Virus record (IMG/VR): IMGVR_UViG_3300006802_000040
Source of the DNA: a virus
DNA length: 37,105 nt
Direction: 5' to 3' (one strand)
Shown: positions 1-8,646 of the stretch, one piece after another
How the letters are laid out: each line of letters starts with the position of its first letter
Position numbering within the stretch: position 1 is the stretch's first letter
Notes under the pieces: generated by a model
The model's input: the letters and a program-made list of their open reading frames with translations, nothing else
Databases searched by the model: none
What the model was told of the DNA's origin: nothing
Made by a program: the position numbers and the translations under genes

Positions 1-123
1 GCGAGGATCTGGCATATAGCCGCCGGCCGGCATCATCATGCGCGAGCCCATGCCGCCGAGCATATTGCCGAGCCCTGTCATGCCTCCCATGCCGCCCATC
101 AGGCCAGCCATCGGCCCGCCGCC
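1..123. repeat. Terminal redundancy, copy 1 (identical to 36983-37105)
   Basis: Direct comparison: gcgaggatctggcatatagcc...catcggcccgccgcc occurs at both ends, 123/123 identical. Confidence 0.95.
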
Positions 124-897
124 TGTGAACAGCGAGGCACCCATAAGACCGGCGCCGATCGCCGTTTGAATGGGGTTCTGCTTTTGCTGCATGGTCTGCG
201 TGCTCGTGCCGCTCGATTGCTGCCCGAGCTGCGCCACCGGCACAGTAAAGCCTTGGAACTCGGCTAGCGCGTTCGCGGCTCTGTTCTGGTCGAAGTCGTA
301 GCGCATCATGTCCTCAGTGATGCGCCGTTGGTCCTGCGCTTCGCGCATCTGGCCGACGCCGAGCATGCGCTCCATGTCTGCATAGTCCTGCTGAGCGAGG
401 CCCGGCGCCATGCCGGCGGCTGCCATCTGGTTTGCGCGCTCCTGGCCATAGTTCTGATACGCAAGCTGTCCAATGCTGTCGCCAAGCCCGCGCGATGCGG
501 CTTCCACGACCTGATTGTTGCCCGTACCTCGTCCGGCTCTGGCCCATTGCGCCGTGATCGACGGCAGAACCTCGGATGTGATCCGATCCGACATCGCGCT
601 AAAATACGGATTGCCCGAACTCAAATAGTCGCCTGAGAGCGTGCTGCCGATCATGCCCTGTGCGCCGCGGGTGAGATCGGAGCCCGCTTGCGCGCGGTTC
701 GTCATGGCGCTAAGGCCCTGCTCGGTTTCCGGCGAGAAATTGGCGAACGTCTGGCCGGGAAAGAACTGCTGGCCAAGCCGCTGGTCGTAGACGCTATTCG
801 CCGCCGACAAGCCGCGATTGAGCGAGGGAACAGCGGGCGCCCACGGGTCAACTTTCTTATTCTCGACAGTGGTCTGTGTCGTCTTGGATGCGCCCAT
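1..897 (-). CDS. Virion internal/ejection-type protein, first 299 codons (ORF crosses the circular junction and ends at 36968; 303 aa in total)
   Basis: Absent from the ORF track because it runs off the window edge. ATG at 897-895 overlaps the upstream stop (ATGA). My translation, MGASKTTQTTVENKKVDPWAPAVPSLNRG...QDYADMERMLGVGQMREAQDQRR..., is open down to nt 1. It lies between small virion genes and two large ejection-type genes. Confidence 0.6.
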   Translation of the reverse strand, partial: MGASKTTQTTVENKKVDPWAPAVPSLNRGLSAANSVYDQRLGQQFFPGQTFANFSPETEQGLSAMTNRAQAGSDLTRGAQGMIGSTLSGDYLSSGNPYFSAMSDRITSEVLPSITAQWARAGRGTGNNQVVEAASRGLGDSIGQLAYQNYGQERANQMAAAGMAPGLAQQDYADMERMLGVGQMREAQDQRRITEDMMRYDFDQNRAANALAEFQGFTVPVAQLGQQSSGTSTQTMQQKQNPIQTAIGAGLMGASLFTGGGPMAGLMGGMGGMTGLGNMLGGMGSRMMMPAGGYMPDPR

Positions 898-1256
898 CAG
901 TCCAATTCCTTCGCGATCGTCACCTGAACCACCTTCCAGCCTTGACGCTTCAACGCTCGCTCCCATCCCACCCGGCCATTGCCTTCAAGCCGCGTGCATC
1001 CGTTCGCCTTAGCCCACGCTTCCACGGTGCTCAGCAGGTGCAGCCACTCACTCAGGTTGCGTCCTGCGACGTAGGGCATGGCACACGTAGCGCCGTAGAC
1101 TTCAGTCACGACAGCGCCGACCGTTTCACCGTCGACCCGAACGCCCCACAATTGCATGTCCCGTGATGCGATCTTGGCCTTGATCGCGTCGATCTCGACC
1201 GGCGCATGGTTCTCGCGCCTTGCTCGATCCACCCACTCACTGAGATACGGCCACAT
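897..1256 (-). CDS. Small GNAT-like acetyltransferase-fold protein (tentative), 119 aa
   Basis: Track ORF is 897..1382. I prefer ATG 1256, the first ATG after the upstream stop at 1291; the 1382 start would overlap 92 nt. The segment YVAGRNLSEWLHLLSTVEAWAKANGCTRLEGNGRVGWERALKRQGWK looks like the GNAT acetyl-CoA-binding core (recollection, not searched). Confidence 0.45.
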   Translation of the reverse strand: MWPYLSEWVDRARRENHAPVEIDAIKAKIASRDMQLWGVRVDGETVGAVVTEVYGATCAMPYVAGRNLSEWLHLLSTVEAWAKANGCTRLEGNGRVGWERALKRQGWKVVQVTIAKELD

Positions 1257-1290
1257 CTGCTCAAGACGCGACGCGGGAACCGGAACCAGC

Positions 1291-1611
1291 CTAGCGGATA
1301 ACGATGATGTCAAACGTCTCGGTTCCGGCGGCTGCTCCGTGAGTGAGGGTGAAGCCGGTTCCTGGGGTTCGTGCAGAGACATAGGGGCTCAAACCTGCCG
1401 CTGCGGCGTTCGTCGGCGTGATGGAGACGCGATGGCTGTTGCTCATGCCTGACCACGACACTGTCGTTGACGTGCCAGCGGTCAGCGTGATCGATGTTGC
1501 GTAATAATCCTTGTACTTTTCAAGCGCCAGGAGTTGCGCGACCCGGCGGCACCACTCGTACAGTTGCGGATTGCCCGGGCCGGTCGGGTTGCCCCATACG
1601 TTGCTGCTCAT
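1291..1611 (-). CDS. Hypothetical virion-module protein, 106 aa
   Basis: ATG start verified. Four-nt overlap with the upstream gene. Co-oriented within the structural block. Confidence 0.55.
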   Translation of the reverse strand: MSSNVWGNPTGPGNPQLYEWCRRVAQLLALEKYKDYYATSITLTAGTSTTVSWSGMSNSHRVSITPTNAAAAGLSPYVSARTPGTGFTLTHGAAAGTETFDIIVIR

Positions 1612-1961
1612 CGGCGGGGCATGCCGTAGAAGCCGCCAGGCTGGTTCTGAGCATCGCCTGCATTGTCAACGGCCTGATTGCGCAACAGCCATTGCCGCGT
1701 CTGTTCCGTCATGCGCTGTTGATGCGCGGGGTCTATTAGTCCGTAGAGGTCAGAACCTAGCCCAAGCGCCCCTGGAATTAAGCCGATTGGATTTCCAAAG
1801 CCAAGCTCGCGCATTGCATCCATCCCCATTCTAGACGCCGCTAGAGGGTCTGTTCTGTCCATGTATTCATAAGGCGCCCATTCCCCAGGCGCGTTGCGCT
1901 GCTGATGACGAAGCATTAAAGGTCGATTAGTTGGCTTTGCGTCGCTCAATCCTGGCATCAT
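1608..1961 (-). CDS. Hypothetical virion-module protein, 117 aa
   Basis: ATG at 1961 overlaps the upstream stop (ATGA). GGGAGG Shine-Dalgarno sequence upstream. Confidence 0.6.
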   Translation of the reverse strand: MMPGLSDAKPTNRPLMLRHQQRNAPGEWAPYEYMDRTDPLAASRMGMDAMRELGFGNPIGLIPGALGLGSDLYGLIDPAHQQRMTEQTRQWLLRNQAVDNAGDAQNQPGGFYGMPRR

Positions 1962-3439
1962 CTGCCTCCCGTTAGCACCGACGTGTGATGCACGCCTTCA
2001 GCACGTGTCCAGATCGATCCCGCGGCGATCTGCGCTCGAGCCCGCAAAAACCGCGCGTCAATGCGCTGAGGGCAATAGCCAGCCCGGTTCATGCCTGTGC
2101 CCTGCGTGTAGGCGACGGTCGCACCCGGCAAAGCACGCCGGTATCCAACCGACATCGACACGGCCGAGCTGGAGAAATCGCCGACCGGCCATAGCTCAGT
2201 CACAAGCGCTCGCTGCCCTGCCGCCGGCTCAAACTCGCCCGTCTCGATCGTGGCTTGCCGAGTTGCCCCGCTGAAAGTACCGATGCGATGATTTGACAGG
2301 CTCACGCCGGCAAGCAAACGCCGTTTTTCGTCGAACACGTTGCTATCGATGTTGATCGGATCGAGATTGCTCGTATCAAGATCGTCGGATGGTTCGTAGG
2401 TGTCGAAATTGTCGACGGTCAGCGCCTCCACCGGCATGTCCGTCAGCCATTCAAGGTCAACCTCGTCATGCGTCCAGCGGCCATCCGTCAGCGAATAGAT
2501 TAGCAGCTCGGAAATGTTCGTTGCCGATCCAGCCGGGATGCCGAACACAGCAAACTTGTTGATGGTGTCGATGCCAACACAAACCTTGTAGCGGTAACCG
2601 TAATTCAGTCGGCGCTGAAAATAGGCATCCACCTTTCCCGATCCGATCGGCGTTGATGCGTTGCCGTCGAACACGTAGAACCCATCGTCGGCGGCAAAGA
2701 AAATCGAGCCGCCGAACCGGGCTGCTGCGTTGGGACCGATAGCACCGCGCTTGGTCTCGACAGCATCTTGCCCGAAATCCCAGATCACTGGCGGGCCTGC
2801 GTAGATCGCGCGACGAATAGCGCGCTCCTGAAAGATCGCCGCGTACTGTCCGCCGACGATCGTCTGGATCTTGCCCTGCGACTGGTCCAGCTCTTGATTG
2901 CCCGCCTGCGTCGTAGCCGATGCCGCCCAGCTTGTGATGTCGTTGAACGCGCTCCAGTAGACCGTAAAATCCTTACCGAGCATCAGGAAGTCGTTGATCC
3001 GAGCAACGGAGGTCGCGCCGCTCGGCGGTGACCCCGCCAAGTTGGCAAAATCAGTAGACACGCCCATCTGGTAAACCTGCGGCGCCTCGCCGGCAGCGAC
3101 CGCCACGACATAGTCGCCAAATTGCTCAAAGCCCCACCATTCGTCGGTGCCGACTGTGTAGCCGCCGGCCTTGCTAACGTCCGTGGCGGCACGAGACACG
3201 AGCTTGTAAAGTTTGGCGCCATCACCCGCGAAGATTTGGCCGTTGCCGTCACTATCGTAAACGCCCTTAAGGCCGAGGCATGTCGCATCAGTCGCGGCAG
3301 AACTGCCGTTATACTCTGAAAACGACTTGAACGGTGCATACGATCCGGCGATAGAGACGACGCCTTTGGCCTCCAGCGCTCCGTTCTTGCGGTCTGGCAC
3401 GTCCGGCGTCCATTCTTGGAATTGAATGGTGCTGGGCAT
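1958..3439 (-). CDS. Virion structural protein, probable tail tubular/nozzle component, 493 aa
   Basis: The track start at 3451 is a GTG. The ATG at 3439 (MPSTIQFQEWTPD...) overlaps the upstream stop (ATGA). Size and position downstream of the capsid/adaptor genes fit a tail-tube component. The function is positional inference. Confidence 0.6.
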   Translation of the reverse strand: MPSTIQFQEWTPDVPDRKNGALEAKGVVSIAGSYAPFKSFSEYNGSSAATDATCLGLKGVYDSDGNGQIFAGDGAKLYKLVSRAATDVSKAGGYTVGTDEWWGFEQFGDYVVAVAAGEAPQVYQMGVSTDFANLAGSPPSGATSVARINDFLMLGKDFTVYWSAFNDITSWAASATTQAGNQELDQSQGKIQTIVGGQYAAIFQERAIRRAIYAGPPVIWDFGQDAVETKRGAIGPNAAARFGGSIFFAADDGFYVFDGNASTPIGSGKVDAYFQRRLNYGYRYKVCVGIDTINKFAVFGIPAGSATNISELLIYSLTDGRWTHDEVDLEWLTDMPVEALTVDNFDTYEPSDDLDTSNLDPINIDSNVFDEKRRLLAGVSLSNHRIGTFSGATRQATIETGEFEPAAGQRALVTELWPVGDFSSSAVSMSVGYRRALPGATVAYTQGTGMNRAGYCPQRIDARFLRARAQIAAGSIWTRAEGVHHTSVLTGGR

Positions 3440-4092
3440 CAGAGCACCCACGGGGCGATGCGCCCGGTTACGACCTTTGCCGCCATGCGCCGTTGCAGGG
3501 GCTCAAGGGCTTCTCGGAGCGCGTCCTTGGCGAGCGCGACACCGTCCATATCGCGCACGATGTCGCGATATATAATGAGCTTTGCCTGATTGCGGATGAG
3601 CGCCTCGCCCGTCGTCATCCATGCATTGGTGGCGGCATCGCTCGACAGAGTGCCGAGCCTAGCGAGACCGGACAGCGTGCAGGAATACGCGGCATCGGGG
3701 ATCGGATGTAACCTGATTTGATCGGCGAATATCGCGTAGGCGCTCGGCTGGCCGGTATAGAGCGAGCTGGGGCTCTGCTCCCGGTCAACCGCCTGCTGTG
3801 TCATGTCCCACAGCGGATAGGGCTGGTTATTGTAGGTCAGCGTAACGCTGTCGATTTCGACCAGCGTCTCGTCTGTGTCGAGCGCGCTGCCGTCCGTGTT
3901 GGTCAGAGACGACAGCGCATAATATTCCGTCGATGCTACCGTCGACAGGGAATAGCGCTTCTCGTTGAAATGAAACCGCGTCGGGGACCAGACCGCAATC
4001 GCCGTTGTGATGGCGTTTGCGATCTGGCTCGAAAGGTCATCGCGGACGATTTCATCCGCGATGCGCGTTTTCATGGTGCCCAGGGTGGACAT
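3439..4092 (-). CDS. Virion protein, probable head-tail adaptor / tail tubular A-type, 217 aa
   Basis: ATG at 4092 overlaps the upstream stop (ATGA). It sits between the capsid-decoration gene and the tail-tube gene. No recognisable enzymatic motif. Confidence 0.55.
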   Translation of the reverse strand: MSTLGTMKTRIADEIVRDDLSSQIANAITTAIAVWSPTRFHFNEKRYSLSTVASTEYYALSSLTNTDGSALDTDETLVEIDSVTLTYNNQPYPLWDMTQQAVDREQSPSSLYTGQPSAYAIFADQIRLHPIPDAAYSCTLSGLARLGTLSSDAATNAWMTTGEALIRNQAKLIIYRDIVRDMDGVALAKDALREALEPLQRRMAAKVVTGRIAPWVL

Positions 4093-4490
4093 CAGTTATG
4101 GATGTCCGGATCGACGATGAACTCGACCCAGGCGCGGCCAACACCGGCCGTCGCCGCTGTTCCCGACAGCGCCGGCACGCATACAATCTGCGTGTCCGAC
4201 GTGAACGGGCCGGCGTCGTTGGTCGTAGCCATCTCGTCGGCAGAGATCACGCCGATCGTGCCGAGCGCCAGATCCGTTGCAAACCCGTCCGGGTCTGCCG
4301 CCGTTCCGATGTCGAGCACGTTGCCGGTGCCGGCGTTGAACGCCGTCGACACCACAACGCCGCCGCGAATGACCGTAGCGCCGACCGGCACGTAGCCAAG
4401 CTCGAGCGTCAGCCCGTTGTCCGCAAACGTGAAATCCTTCGAGATCACGTGTACGACGGGGAGACGGAGGTTTGTTCCACCAGTAGCCAT
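4092..4490 (-). CDS. Probable capsid cement/decoration protein, 132 aa
   Basis: Lies immediately downstream of the major capsid gene with an AGGAGG Shine-Dalgarno sequence. Gly/Thr/Val-rich beta-type sequence. BPP-1-type phages carry a ~14-kDa cement protein at this position (recollection). Confidence 0.5.
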   Translation of the reverse strand: MATGGTNLRLPVVHVISKDFTFADNGLTLELGYVPVGATVIRGGVVVSTAFNAGTGNVLDIGTAADPDGFATDLALGTIGVISADEMATTNDAGPFTSDTQIVCVPALSGTAATAGVGRAWVEFIVDPDIHN

Positions 4491-4506
4491 GTGTCAGAGC
4501 CTCCTA

Positions 4507-5571
4507 TCAGTGTGCGACCGCATAGCTGGTCATGGTGATGGTGCCAAAATCGGTCGAGTTGTAGACCGACTTTTTAAGGCCGCCGATGCAGCCGGCTTTG
4601 ACGCCAAGCTGGTTGCCGTAGTCGAACAGCTCCTCGTACCAGTCGAACTCTTTGAAAGAATGCCCCTGGCCAAAGCCCATGACACAACTCTGAGCACCGC
4701 ACAGGACTGCTCGGCGCGTGCTCGTCTGAGCGGCGCCCGTGCTGGAATGCACACCGTTCGTCACTCGCGTGGACTCGTGAAGAATGACGTTGTTATACAT
4801 TCCGAGCGCGCCGGAGAAGATCGGGTTCTCGCCGACCTTGCCGCCACTCATCGCCGCCTTCTGGATGTCGAGCCACTGGCCCGTCGAAGTCGACGTGCGC
4901 AGATCGTACACCTGATAGGGGTGCAGAAACGCGACGTAGTGCTTGCCGCCGTTGATGTTGATCGGACGTATCAGCGGAGTGGCCGTTTTAGCCGCCTCAA
5001 CCGCCTTGTCGATCAGCGCGAGCGTCATCACCTTGGTGCTGTCGGCCTGCACGGTCTCGTCGGCCGACCCGACAGTGAACACCTTGCGATTGGATGACGG
5101 CGCCGTGACGCTGTTGTTCCCGGTGTAGCGGGTGTCCGTCGTCACGGTGTAGCCGCACACCTGGTTGAAAAACCAAGTGTCCATGCGATCGGACCACCAG
5201 TCGCGCAGGCCGCTCATGGCTTCCTCGCGAATGGAGAACGGAATCCGCTGCTCGCTCATCTTGCCCGCGCTGCGAACAGCGTGGCGAAGCTGATTGATCA
5301 CGAAGTCGTCGGTGTAGGTCGTCAGCGCCTCCTCGTTGCCTTCGAGGGTGCTGTCGCCCTGGATACCGTCGCCAGTGAGCTGCATGCGCAGCGTGACGCG
5401 GACACGGTCGCCGGGGCCCTTCTTGGTGTCGTTCCGCATCTGAATAACGGAATCATCACCTTCGCCGATGAACTTCTGAATATAGGTCGCCTTCAGCGCT
5501 TCACGAGCAAGCCGGCGCGACCACAGCTTGACCGCCTCGTTGGCGTTCACGCCATAGTTTGTGACTGCCAT
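4507..5571 (-). CDS. Major capsid protein, N4-gp56/BPP-1-type HK97 fold (DUF4043-like), 354 aa
   Basis: The N-terminus MAVTNYGVNANEAVKLWSRRLAREALKATYIQKFIGEGDDSVIQ...KKGPGDRVRVTLRMQLTGDGIQGDSTLEGNEEAL...INQLRHAVRS matches my memory of this capsid family. It lies downstream of the scaffold gene. Confidence 0.88.
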   Translation of the reverse strand: MAVTNYGVNANEAVKLWSRRLAREALKATYIQKFIGEGDDSVIQMRNDTKKGPGDRVRVTLRMQLTGDGIQGDSTLEGNEEALTTYTDDFVINQLRHAVRSAGKMSEQRIPFSIREEAMSGLRDWWSDRMDTWFFNQVCGYTVTTDTRYTGNNSVTAPSSNRKVFTVGSADETVQADSTKVMTLALIDKAVEAAKTATPLIRPININGGKHYVAFLHPYQVYDLRTSTSTGQWLDIQKAAMSGGKVGENPIFSGALGMYNNVILHESTRVTNGVHSSTGAAQTSTRRAVLCGAQSCVMGFGQGHSFKEFDWYEELFDYGNQLGVKAGCIGGLKKSVYNSTDFGTITMTSYAVAH

Positions 5572-5716
5572 CTGGTGGCATCCTTTCTAAGTGGCTGTTG
5601 AGATTGTGCGCGGTGCTCTGCTCTTGACGCCGGCAGGCGGGCGAGACGGATTGCGGCTCCGTGGGGCCGAGGGGAAGCGTTACGCTACCGATACAGTGAG
5701 CAGGTTGCGGCCCTGC

Positions 5717-6709
5717 TTAGCCGAGGAGTCCAGCATTTTTCATTCGACGGAACTCTGCATCGGCCCGTTCCGGGTCTTCGAGGTAGAGTTCCGCCAAATC
5801 CGCAGGCGTCATCACGTTGTCGGATGCGCCAGTGCCGCCCGAGAGCGAGCGTGCCGCGGCAGCGCCCTTGCGTGCCGCCTCGATCGGTGTCGACTGTGCC
5901 GTGGGCTTTTTGATCGCAGGTGCGGCCGGCTTCGACTGGAACCCGCGCTGCTTGGCCAGCGAGAAATAAAGCTCCGCCGGGCTCATGCCCATTTGCAGGG
6001 CTTGGCGAGCCACTTGAATGCGGTCGTTATTCAGGATCGCAACGCGCATGTCAGCCGCGGACGGGTAGCCCATTTGCTGGGCGTAGGCTTCGCCGGACGC
6101 ATTGTCCGGCACCATAATCTCCAGTTCCCTAACGCGCGCGCCCTCGAGAAACGTCACAGCCGGATCATAGTCCGGGTTGGCCTGCCGCATGGCCTGCTCG
6201 GAGCGCTCGACGGCGCCCCAAAACTGCTGCTCGACGTGGGCTTGCTGCACTTGCTGCACAGTCTGCTGCGTGCCGGTGCGGCTCTCCTGAACCTGCCGCT
6301 CCAACTCCGCAACCTTGTGCTGGAAAAACCCGATCGGGTCTTCCTCGATCGTCGGCACCTTGGGCGCGGGCGCCTGCGGCTGGGCTTGCGCTTGGCGCTC
6401 GGCGATCACAGCGCGGAGCACCTGCTCCATTTGCTGCACGCGCTCGGCCATCTGCTTGCGCGTGCCCCGTTCCTCACCGAGGGCGCCTTGGAGCTGCTTA
6501 TAGCGCTTGTCCAGTTCCTCATATGGAATCGGCTGCTGTGCGGCCTTGTCCGGCTCCTGTGCGGGCTCGTCCTTGGCCTCTGCCTCTGCCGATTCCTGCT
6601 CAACAGGCTCGCCCTCGGCGCCCTGGTCAGCGACTTCCTTCTCCAGCGCTTCCCACGCTGCCTGCTCGCTCTGGTCCACCACTTCGGCCGTCACGTCACG
6701 ATCGCTCAC
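5717..6709 (-). CDS. Scaffolding protein, 330 aa
   Basis: GTG start at 6709 overlaps the portal stop (GTGA), with a GAGGAA Shine-Dalgarno sequence. Acidic, Gln/Glu/Ala-rich helical sequence lying between the portal and capsid genes. Confidence 0.65.
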   Translation of the reverse strand: MSDRDVTAEVVDQSEQAAWEALEKEVADQGAEGEPVEQESAEAEAKDEPAQEPDKAAQQPIPYEELDKRYKQLQGALGEERGTRKQMAERVQQMEQVLRAVIAERQAQAQPQAPAPKVPTIEEDPIGFFQHKVAELERQVQESRTGTQQTVQQVQQAHVEQQFWGAVERSEQAMRQANPDYDPAVTFLEGARVRELEIMVPDNASGEAYAQQMGYPSAADMRVAILNNDRIQVARQALQMGMSPAELYFSLAKQRGFQSKPAAPAIKKPTAQSTPIEAARKGAAAARSLSGGTGASDNVMTPADLAELYLEDPERADAEFRRMKNAGLLG

Positions 6710-8646
6710 TGATTGTTCCTCGGCATCTGTTGCGGTTCAAGGGTTTGCTGATAGGCTTGTTTGGTGGCCTGGACGGCTCGGGCCTGATTGAGCACGGCTT
6801 GCGTCTCGTCCTTGGCCGCCGTGGCGGCTTCCTTGCGCAAGGCAAGCTGTGCGCCGGCCATCTGCATCTGTTGCTGTTCGGGATCGGGCTGCGCTGCCTG
6901 TGCCAACGCCTGGCCGATCTTGCCGGATACGCTTGACGGCAGCGGCGAGTAGCGCAGGAACTCTTGCCAGACCTCCATGGGCACAGGCTGCTTTTGCAGG
7001 ATCGGGAGCATCTGCGTGAGCATGCCCCACACGGCCTCTTTTTGGTTGGCGCTCATCGGCGCCTCGTCAACAATCACGTCGTACTTGGCTGTGTCGCGGT
7101 TGCGGACCAGCGGCACATACTGTTCGTTGCCGTTCTGGCCTTGGATGCGCACGAGCCGGCCGTCGCTGATGTACTCCTGAATATAGTGGAGCATCACGCG
7201 GCCTTGCATCTTGCGATACCGGCGCAAACTGTCGAAGAACACGGCGAGGATGGCGTATCCGGCCTGCTTGCGCTGCGCCTCGAGCACGCCGGCCTGCTCT
7301 TTCTGCACAAGGCCAAGCAACTCGAGATTGATGCCCGTCACCTGCGGCATCGAGTTAACGGCGAACTCCATCAGCCGGTCGAGGCCCTGCGGATAGTTCT
7401 TTGCGGCCCGCTCCTGTAGAGCACCGCGGCCAAGCGCGCCGTTCTTCAGCTCAATCATGCTATCCGGCTTGGCCCAATCCTCCATGGCCTTGCGCGGGTT
7501 CTCGAAGGCGTCCTTTTCGAACAGCACGCCGCCCTTGGCGCTCGTGTTGAGGATGTGCAGGATTTGGGACAACCACTTGTTGGCCCACATCTGCGGGTCC
7601 ATCATGGCGCGGACAATGCCGTACCACGTGCCGCTATTCCGATCGCGCTTGCCGGTGATACAGTTGAACGTGAACCTATCGCAGGTAACGCGCGACTTGG
7701 GCTCGAGCAGCGCATCGCCGCACACGAACGCCTGATAATAGCGGCGGACCTTCAGCTTCATGGCCTGCGGCGGCTGCATGCCGGCAGCGATGAACTGCAT
7801 CACGACGCCACGGAACTCCTCGGGCTCCAGCACTGCCGTCTGGCCCGTGGCCTCGTCGGCCATCTTGTAGGCGTCCTCGAGCTCCCACCACTGAAAATGC
7901 TTGATGAACACGCGGCCTTTGTTCTTGTCCTCGCCCGTCGTCTCTTTGTCGCCGTCCTCGTAGTCGTCTCCAGGCCCGGTCTGGCCTCGGCCGATGTTGG
8001 TCTCGGCATCGTCGGATGAGGATTGGCTGATCTTCTCGCGCCATTCGGACGGCAACTCGCGCTTGTCCCGGTACCGGCCGCGATAGCAGTAGCGAGAGTC
8101 GGCGAGGTTGCGCTTGCGGGCGGACGGATCACCCCACATTTCGAACGGGTCGACGCGGTCAATGCGGATCGTGCCCTCCGCGTCGATCTCGTAATCCATG
8201 CGGGTTTCAGTCCAGCCCATGCCGCACGTGATCACGTCGGAAAATGCGTCGCTTTCCTCGTCTTCTGCGTCGCACAGGTCGCGCGCCCATTCGCTGGCCG
8301 CGCTGATCACCTCGTTGACCTGCACGTCGCCGACCTCGCGCGGCACATACCTCACTTCCTGCCGGTTCAGGATCTCGGCGCCAATGACCGCGTCGACCAT
8401 CGGGCCGGTACGGTTGAACACGATCGGCTGGCGGTATTCCTCGAGCAGCTTCGCCTTGTCGTCGGCCGTCCATTGGTTGCCAGCCACGAAATCGTAGCAA
8501 CGCCGGGCTTCCTGCCGCCACTGCGACCAGTGCTGGCGGGCCTGCTTTTCCCACGACGAGAGTTTGCGCATCAGCGCCTCGTCGTCGGCCTCTGGAGCTT
8601 CCGTTGCGTCGAGGTCGTCCTCGTCGTCGTCGCTCATGCTGCCCAT
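6706..8646 (-). CDS. Portal protein, 646 aa
   Basis: ATG 8646 is preceded by GGAGG; the track's 8757 start lies inside terL. Acidic N-terminus MGSMSDDDEDD, followed by CYDFVAGNQWTADDKAKLLEEYRQPIVFNRTGPMVD typical of portals. Gln-rich helical C-terminus. Confidence 0.85.
   Translation of the reverse strand: MGSMSDDDEDDLDATEAPEADDEALMRKLSSWEKQARQHWSQWRQEARRCYDFVAGNQWTADDKAKLLEEYRQPIVFNRTGPMVDAVIGAEILNRQEVRYVPREVGDVQVNEVISAASEWARDLCDAEDEESDAFSDVITCGMGWTETRMDYEIDAEGTIRIDRVDPFEMWGDPSARKRNLADSRYCYRGRYRDKRELPSEWREKISQSSSDDAETNIGRGQTGPGDDYEDGDKETTGEDKNKGRVFIKHFQWWELEDAYKMADEATGQTAVLEPEEFRGVVMQFIAAGMQPPQAMKLKVRRYYQAFVCGDALLEPKSRVTCDRFTFNCITGKRDRNSGTWYGIVRAMMDPQMWANKWLSQILHILNTSAKGGVLFEKDAFENPRKAMEDWAKPDSMIELKNGALGRGALQERAAKNYPQGLDRLMEFAVNSMPQVTGINLELLGLVQKEQAGVLEAQRKQAGYAILAVFFDSLRRYRKMQGRVMLHYIQEYISDGRLVRIQGQNGNEQYVPLVRNRDTAKYDVIVDEAPMSANQKEAVWGMLTQMLPILQKQPVPMEVWQEFLRYSPLPSSVSGKIGQALAQAAQPDPEQQQMQMAGAQLALRKEAATAAKDETQAVLNQARAVQATKQAYQQTLEPQQMPRNNQ

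Noticed and set aside
1-123. Physical T7-type direct terminal repeats or a cos end.
   Set aside because: The repeat is internal to, and in frame with, a structural ORF that needs both sides of the junction to be complete. An assembly overlap of a circular or permuted genome is more parsimonious, and sequence alone cannot prove which.
314-1012. Short ORFs listed in the track for the first kilobase (314-547 -, 328-636 +, 688-927 +, 818-1012 +).
   Set aside because: The region is covered by a single long minus-strand frame (897 to 1) that the track cannot list because it runs off the window edge and closes only across the circular junction.
5699-5717. Hairpin AGCAGG-N7-CCTGCT overlapping the scaffold stop codon, considered as a terminator or attenuator before the capsid gene.
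   Set aside because: The stem is only 6 bp, there is no U-tract, and it could easily arise by chance in GC-rich DNA.
5591-6712. Long plus-strand ORF (373 aa) antisense to the scaffold gene. Similar shadows occur at 33969-35546 (+, 525 aa), 21734-22675 (-, 313 aa), 23821-24504 (-), 17783-18403 (+), 19289-19792 (-) and 10005-10643 (+).
   Set aside because: These are Arg/Leu/His/Gly-rich translations typical of antisense frames in high-GC DNA. Each fully overlaps a gene with recognisable motifs or tight operon coupling, and none has a ribosome-binding site.
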